DNA of 64,000 nt from Alphaproteobacteria bacterium. GTDB taxonomy: Bacteria; Pseudomonadota; Alphaproteobacteria; MPNO01. Position numbers and translations under genes: made by a program. This document shows, in pieces, positions 60,009 through 64,000 of this stretch (its first letter is position 1; the number at the start of each line of letters is the position of its first letter). The notes under the pieces are model-generated. The model was given only the letters and a program-made list of their open reading frames with translations. It had not been told where the DNA came from and made no database searches. Location of the stretch: NCBI GenBank assembly GCA_964291675.2, contig OZ219866.1, positions 1,920,001 through 1,984,000 of the forward strand, in the 5' to 3' direction.

Positions 60009-60550
60009 GCCGGCGCAACGAAATCGTCGGGCGTATCGTCGCCAAGGCGTGGTCGGACCCCGTCTTCGCCGACCGGCTGATCGCCGATGCGACGGCGATG
60101 CTGGGCTCGCTCGGCATCGCCTTGCCGGCCGGAAAGACCGTCGCCGCGGTCCAGAACACCGATACCGTCACCCACCTCGTGCTGCCGTCGCCGCGCTACA
60201 CCGAGCCAGCCTCCGCCTATGCCGACATCAAGGCGTTCGGCGAGACCTATCGCGATCCGCGCTACGCCCCGCTCGACTGGATCTCGCGCGACCCGGTGTT
60301 CATGGCGCGGTTCGAGGCCGATCCGGTGCCGATGCTGCGAAGCTGGGGGATCGCCGTGGCGGACGGCATGACGGTCTCCACGGTGCGCAACACGTCCACG
60401 CGGGTCTGGCTGGCCCTGCCCGTCCCGCCCGATGCCGGCGAGATGACCGACGACCTGCTCGACGAGATCGCCGCCGGGCGGTTGCCGCCGGCGATCCGCT
60501 ACGCCTCCATCGAGGGGACGTTGCGGCTCGACCGGTTCGCGCGGCGATGA
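60005..60550 (+). CDS. Protein with two tandem nitrile-hydratase-like leader (NHLP) domains
   Basis: IVAKAWSDPVF..RL.AD...NT..VTHLVLP, repeated as DPVF.ARF.ADP...NT...WLALP..P..EMTDDLLDEIAAG; GTGA/ATGA coupling on both sides. Confidence 0.8.
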   Translation: MSRRNEIVGRIVAKAWSDPVFADRLIADATAMLGSLGIALPAGKTVAAVQNTDTVTHLVLPSPRYTEPASAYADIKAFGETYRDPRYAPLDWISRDPVFMARFEADPVPMLRSWGIAVADGMTVSTVRNTSTRVWLALPVPPDAGEMTDDLLDEIAAGRLPPAIRYASIEGTLRLDRFARR

Positions 60551-61305
60551 CTGAACAGGCAATGGAAACCGTCGTCTACGGCTACGTCCACGGCGCATCG
60601 CTGCTCGCCGACATCGCCCGGCCCGAGGAGGCGGGCGGCAGGCTGCCCGTGGCGCTCTCGATCCATGGCGGGCGCTGGTATTTCGGGACGCGGCGCGACA
60701 CCGGCGCCATCGACGTCCGGCAATGGGCCGGGTTCGGGTTCTTCGCGATGAGCATCGACTACCGGCTGGTCACCTGCTCGCCGGCGCCGGCGGCCTATCA
60801 GGACGTGCTCTGCGCGATCCGCTGGGTCCACGCCAATGCCGACAGGTACGGCCTCGACCCGGAAAAAATCTTCCTCATCGGCATGTCGTCCGGCGGGCAT
60901 CTCGCCTCGCTCGCGGCGACGCTCGGCGAGGGACGCTTCCCGAAGACCGGCGGCTGGGACGACTACCCCGCGCGTTTCCGCGCCGCGGTCTCGGTGTCGG
61001 GCGCCTACGACATCGTGAGCCTCGACTGGGGCGCCGGCTGGGCGCCGCCCGGCGAGCCCTTTCCCGACGCGCGCGAATACGCATCCCCCATCCGCCATGT
61101 CGCGCCCGACAACGCGCCGCAGCTCATCCTCCATTCGGACGACGACCCGTCGATCCCGATCGAGCAGGTGCTGCGCATGGCCGATGCGCTGGAGGCGGCC
61201 GGCGCGTCCTACCGCTTGCGCCGCTACGCCGACCGCGGCCACATGTTCATCACCGACGAGGTGATCGCCGAGGCGCGCGCCTTCATCGCCGAGCACTCCG
61301 GCTGA
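60547..61305 (+). CDS. Alpha/beta hydrolase (esterase-like)
   Basis: IHGGRW, GMSSGGHL, D and GH motifs. Confidence 0.9.
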   Translation: MTEQAMETVVYGYVHGASLLADIARPEEAGGRLPVALSIHGGRWYFGTRRDTGAIDVRQWAGFGFFAMSIDYRLVTCSPAPAAYQDVLCAIRWVHANADRYGLDPEKIFLIGMSSGGHLASLAATLGEGRFPKTGGWDDYPARFRAAVSVSGAYDIVSLDWGAGWAPPGEPFPDAREYASPIRHVAPDNAPQLILHSDDDPSIPIEQVLRMADALEAAGASYRLRRYADRGHMFITDEVIAEARAFIAEHSG

Positions 61306-61310
61306 GCGCG

Positions 61311-61577
61311 AGCCCGCATTTCCCGCCAGGGTCATGGTCTGCGTCGCGCGCAGGCGTTCGATCCGCCAGGAGCGGGCCGAAAAGCGTAGCGGCACTACGG
61401 TTGAGGCCCGCGACGCCGCGGGCGGGCGCCTGCGCGCGACCCTTCGGGCGGCGCTGTCCGGCCGACAGGGTGCGTCGAGGCGCTTGCCCGATGTCCCCGC
61501 ATCGCGCCGCGCGCCTCTCCTGCCCTGTCGGCCGGACAGCGCCGCGCAGACCATGACCCTGGCGGGAAATGCGGGCT
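61311..61577. mobile_element. 267-bp MITE-like element
   Basis: Perfect 33-bp TIRs AGCCCGCATTTCCCGCCAGGGTCATGGTCTGCG; no ORF. Confidence 0.8.
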
Positions 61578-61643
61578 AACCGCCGGTGGACAGCGCGCCG
61601 CCCGCCGATCACAGTGTGGCCGCACCCCCGACGCGGAGGATCC

Positions 61644-62045
61644 ATGCCCCAGACCATCCGCAAGTCCGTCATGGCGCTGGTCGCCGAGGCCGACGCCCAG
61701 GTCGACAAGCTGGAAGTCGCGGACGCGCTCGCGCTGCACGGAAAGGACGACGTGGTGTTCGTCGACCTCCGCGACATAAGGGAACTCGCGAAGACCGGCC
61801 GCATCGCCGGCGCGCGGCATGTCCCGCGCGGCATGCTCGAATTCTGGATCGACCCCGAGAGCCCCTATCACAAGCCGTTCTTCGCCGAGGACAGGACCTT
61901 CGTGTTCTACTGCGCCGGCGCCTGGCGGTCGGCGCTGGCGGCCAAGACGGCAGACGACATGGGGCTCGCCCCGGTCGCCCATCTGGCGGGCGGCATCCAG
62001 GCCTGGATCGACGCCGGCGGCCCCATCGACCCGCCGAAGAGCTGA
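61644..62045 (+). CDS. Rhodanese-like protein
   Basis: VDLRD..E, RGMLEFW.DP.SPYH, YCA...RS, GG..AW motifs. Confidence 0.93.
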   Translation: MPQTIRKSVMALVAEADAQVDKLEVADALALHGKDDVVFVDLRDIRELAKTGRIAGARHVPRGMLEFWIDPESPYHKPFFAEDRTFVFYCAGAWRSALAAKTADDMGLAPVAHLAGGIQAWIDAGGPIDPPKS

Positions 62046-62053
62046 CGCGGTCC

Positions 62054-63130
62054 ATGGAATTCGGCATCTTCTCCAACGGCATCCGGCCGCATACCAGCGC
62101 CGCCCGGACCTATGACGAGGACATCCGCGAGATCGTGCTCGCCGACAGGCTCGGCTTCGGCGTCGCCTATATCAGCGAGCATCACGGCGAGCCGCCCTAT
62201 ATCGACCGCATCGACACCATCCCCGCGCCCGACCTGATGATGTGCAAGGCGGCCGGGCTCACCAGCCGCATCCGCATGGGCGCGGCGGTGAAGCTGATCC
62301 ACCTGCACCACCCGGTCGACGTGGCGATCCAGGCGGCGGTGACCGACCACCTGACCGGCGGGCGCTACATCTTCGGCTTCGGCTCCGGCTTCCCGCTGCC
62401 GCTGTTCTCGGAAGAGCGCGGGCTGAGCTTCGAGGACCGCCACGAGCGGCTCAACGAGGCCCTCGACTTCGTCCTGAGATGCTGGGCGGACGACGAGCCC
62501 TTCGACTGGGACGGCAGGCACTGGCGGGGGAGGGGCGTGGTCGCGCTGCCCAAGCCCTTCGCCGGAAGGCGCATGCCGATGGCGACGGCAACCGATTCGG
62601 AGGACATGCTCGGCATCGCCGGCGCGCGCGGCTACACGCTGATCTCGGCCTTTCTCGAATCGGCGGAGCGGCTGAAGCCGAAGGCCGACCTCTACGCGCA
62701 GGCGGCGCATGCGGCGGGTCTGAGCGACCCGCGGCGCAACATCGCCGCATCGCGCATCGTCTACATCGCCGACAGCGAGCGCCAGGCGATCGAGGATCTG
62801 CGCCCCGCCGTCACCCACGAGATCGGCTTCCAGGCCGAGCGCGGCTTCCTCAGGATGCTGGACAAGGTCTACGGCCTCCACGTTCCCAACAACGAGCACG
62901 GCATCGAGGCGCTGGTCGAGGCCGGGTTCTACTTCCTGGGCGACGCCGATTCGGTGGCCGAGAAGATCGCGCGGTTCCACGACGAGTCGGGCGGCTTCGG
63001 CACCTTCCTGATCGTCACCGGCAAGGACTGGGCGACCCGCGCGCATCGCGAGCGCTCGATGCGGCTGTTCATGGAGCGGGTCGCGCCCCAGCTCCGCCAC
63101 ATGGCGCCCGCCGAGCCCGCGCCGGCCTGA
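62054..63130 (+). CDS. LLM-class flavin-dependent oxidoreductase
   Basis: AD.LGF...ISEHH, HHP...A, SMRLF.E.V.P motifs. Confidence 0.92.
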   Translation: MEFGIFSNGIRPHTSAARTYDEDIREIVLADRLGFGVAYISEHHGEPPYIDRIDTIPAPDLMMCKAAGLTSRIRMGAAVKLIHLHHPVDVAIQAAVTDHLTGGRYIFGFGSGFPLPLFSEERGLSFEDRHERLNEALDFVLRCWADDEPFDWDGRHWRGRGVVALPKPFAGRRMPMATATDSEDMLGIAGARGYTLISAFLESAERLKPKADLYAQAAHAAGLSDPRRNIAASRIVYIADSERQAIEDLRPAVTHEIGFQAERGFLRMLDKVYGLHVPNNEHGIEALVEAGFYFLGDADSVAEKIARFHDESGGFGTFLIVTGKDWATRAHRERSMRLFMERVAPQLRHMAPAEPAPA

Positions 63131-63144
63131 CGTTGGGCCAAGGC

Positions 63145-64000
63145 GTGTCCCGAAATGGTGCAGCGGCTGCCGCGGCGCCCCGTCCCTCGATACGGCCCTT
63201 CGGGCCTACTCGGGATGAGGGGAAGGACTTGGACCGCCCACCACCCGCCCTCATCCTGAGTAGCGGCGAAGCCGCGTATCGAAGGACGCGCCTGATCGGC
63301 GAATCGGTCCCGCGCAGGGAGGACCGGCGGCTGCTGACCGGCGGCGGCCGTTTCAGCGACGATATCAACGCCCCCGGCCAGGCCCATGCGGCGTTCCTGC
63401 GCTCGCCCCACGCCCATGCCGAAATCCGGCGGATCGATTGCGTCCAGGCCGCCTCCCTGCCCGGCGTGCTCGCGGTGCTGACGGGGCGGGACTACGCGGC
63501 GGACGGGCTCTTGCCGCTGCTCCAGCTCCACACCCCGGTCGATCACCTCGACCCCACCCGGCCCGGGCTGACGGAGGAGCAGCTTTCGCCGCTGCCCGGG
63601 CCGCCGCCGATCGCCGCCGGCCGGGTGCGCCATGTCGGCGAGATCGTGGCCGTCGCGGTGGCCGAGGCAAGCGATGCCGCGCTCGATGCGCTGGAGCGGA
63701 TCGCCGTCGACTACGAGCCCCTGCCGGCGGTGACCGACGCGCTCGCCGCCGCTGCGCCAGACGCGCCCCGGCTGTGGGATGGCGGCAATGTCTGCCTCCG
63801 CGCCGAGGCGGGCGACGCCCGGGCGTGCGAGACGGCATTCGCCGCGGCTCACCGCACGGTCCGGCTCGCGCTCCACAACCACCGGATCTATGGCTGCCCG
63901 ATGGAGCCCAAATCCGCGCTCGGCGAGTTCGATCCCGGGTCGGGGCGCTATACGCTGCACGCGCCGAGCCAGGGCGTGCACCGCTTCCAGCGCTCGATCG
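63145..64000 (+). CDS. Xanthine dehydrogenase / CoxL-family molybdopterin subunit, 5' part (start uncertain)
   Basis: IGESVPRREDRRLLTGGG.F.DD, RSPHAHA, PMEP motifs; frame open to the window end. Confidence 0.9.
   Translation, partial: MSRNGAAAAAAPRPSIRPFGPTRDEGKDLDRPPPALILSSGEAAYRRTRLIGESVPRREDRRLLTGGGRFSDDINAPGQAHAAFLRSPHAHAEIRRIDCVQAASLPGVLAVLTGRDYAADGLLPLLQLHTPVDHLDPTRPGLTEEQLSPLPGPPPIAAGRVRHVGEIVAVAVAEASDAALDALERIAVDYEPLPAVTDALAAAAPDAPRLWDGGNVCLRAEAGDARACETAFAAAHRTVRLALHNHRIYGCPMEPKSALGEFDPGSGRYTLHAPSQGVHRFQRSI
63181..63288. repeat. 108-bp palindromic REP doublet inside the CoxL-like reading frame
   Basis: Same family as 48911-49020. Confidence 0.9.

Noticed and set aside
60005-60550. 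Nitrile hydratase alpha subunit
   Set aside because: Lacks the CxxCSC metal-binding motif, and no beta subunit is nearby.

Overview
GC-rich window from an alphaproteobacterium (Rhodospirillales-like, inferred from gene content and REP families). It holds housekeeping genes (purH, kdsC, kdsB, gph, class I fumarase) and many catabolic enzymes: flavin monooxygenases, UbiD, a Rieske oxygenase, LLM oxidoreductases, hydrolases, a GMC oxidase and a partial CoxL-like gene. It also has a TRAP transporter, two MFP-RND pairs, several toxin-antitoxin modules and dense palindromic REP/MITE mosaics. The most notable observations are: (1) an IS110 recombinase element inserted into a MITE terminus, with a duplicated right end, and a second copy of the same target site carrying a 16-nt insert copied from the IS110 non-coding end; (2) an ORF-less locus with tandem NrdR-like boxes, a sigma70 promoter, a structured RNA and phased DnaA-like boxes; (3) a peroxiredoxin-like selenoprotein (UxxC plus SECIS-like hairpin) split by the ORF track; (4) an IS1595-derived element carrying a Panacea antitoxin and a membrane partner; (5) a 108-bp palindrome inserted in frame into a CoxL-like gene; (6) an orphan protein with two tandem NHLP-leader domains; (7) an sRNA/small-ORF unit with a perfect extended Shine-Dalgarno sequence. 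All family assignments come from motif recognition by eye; no searches were run.
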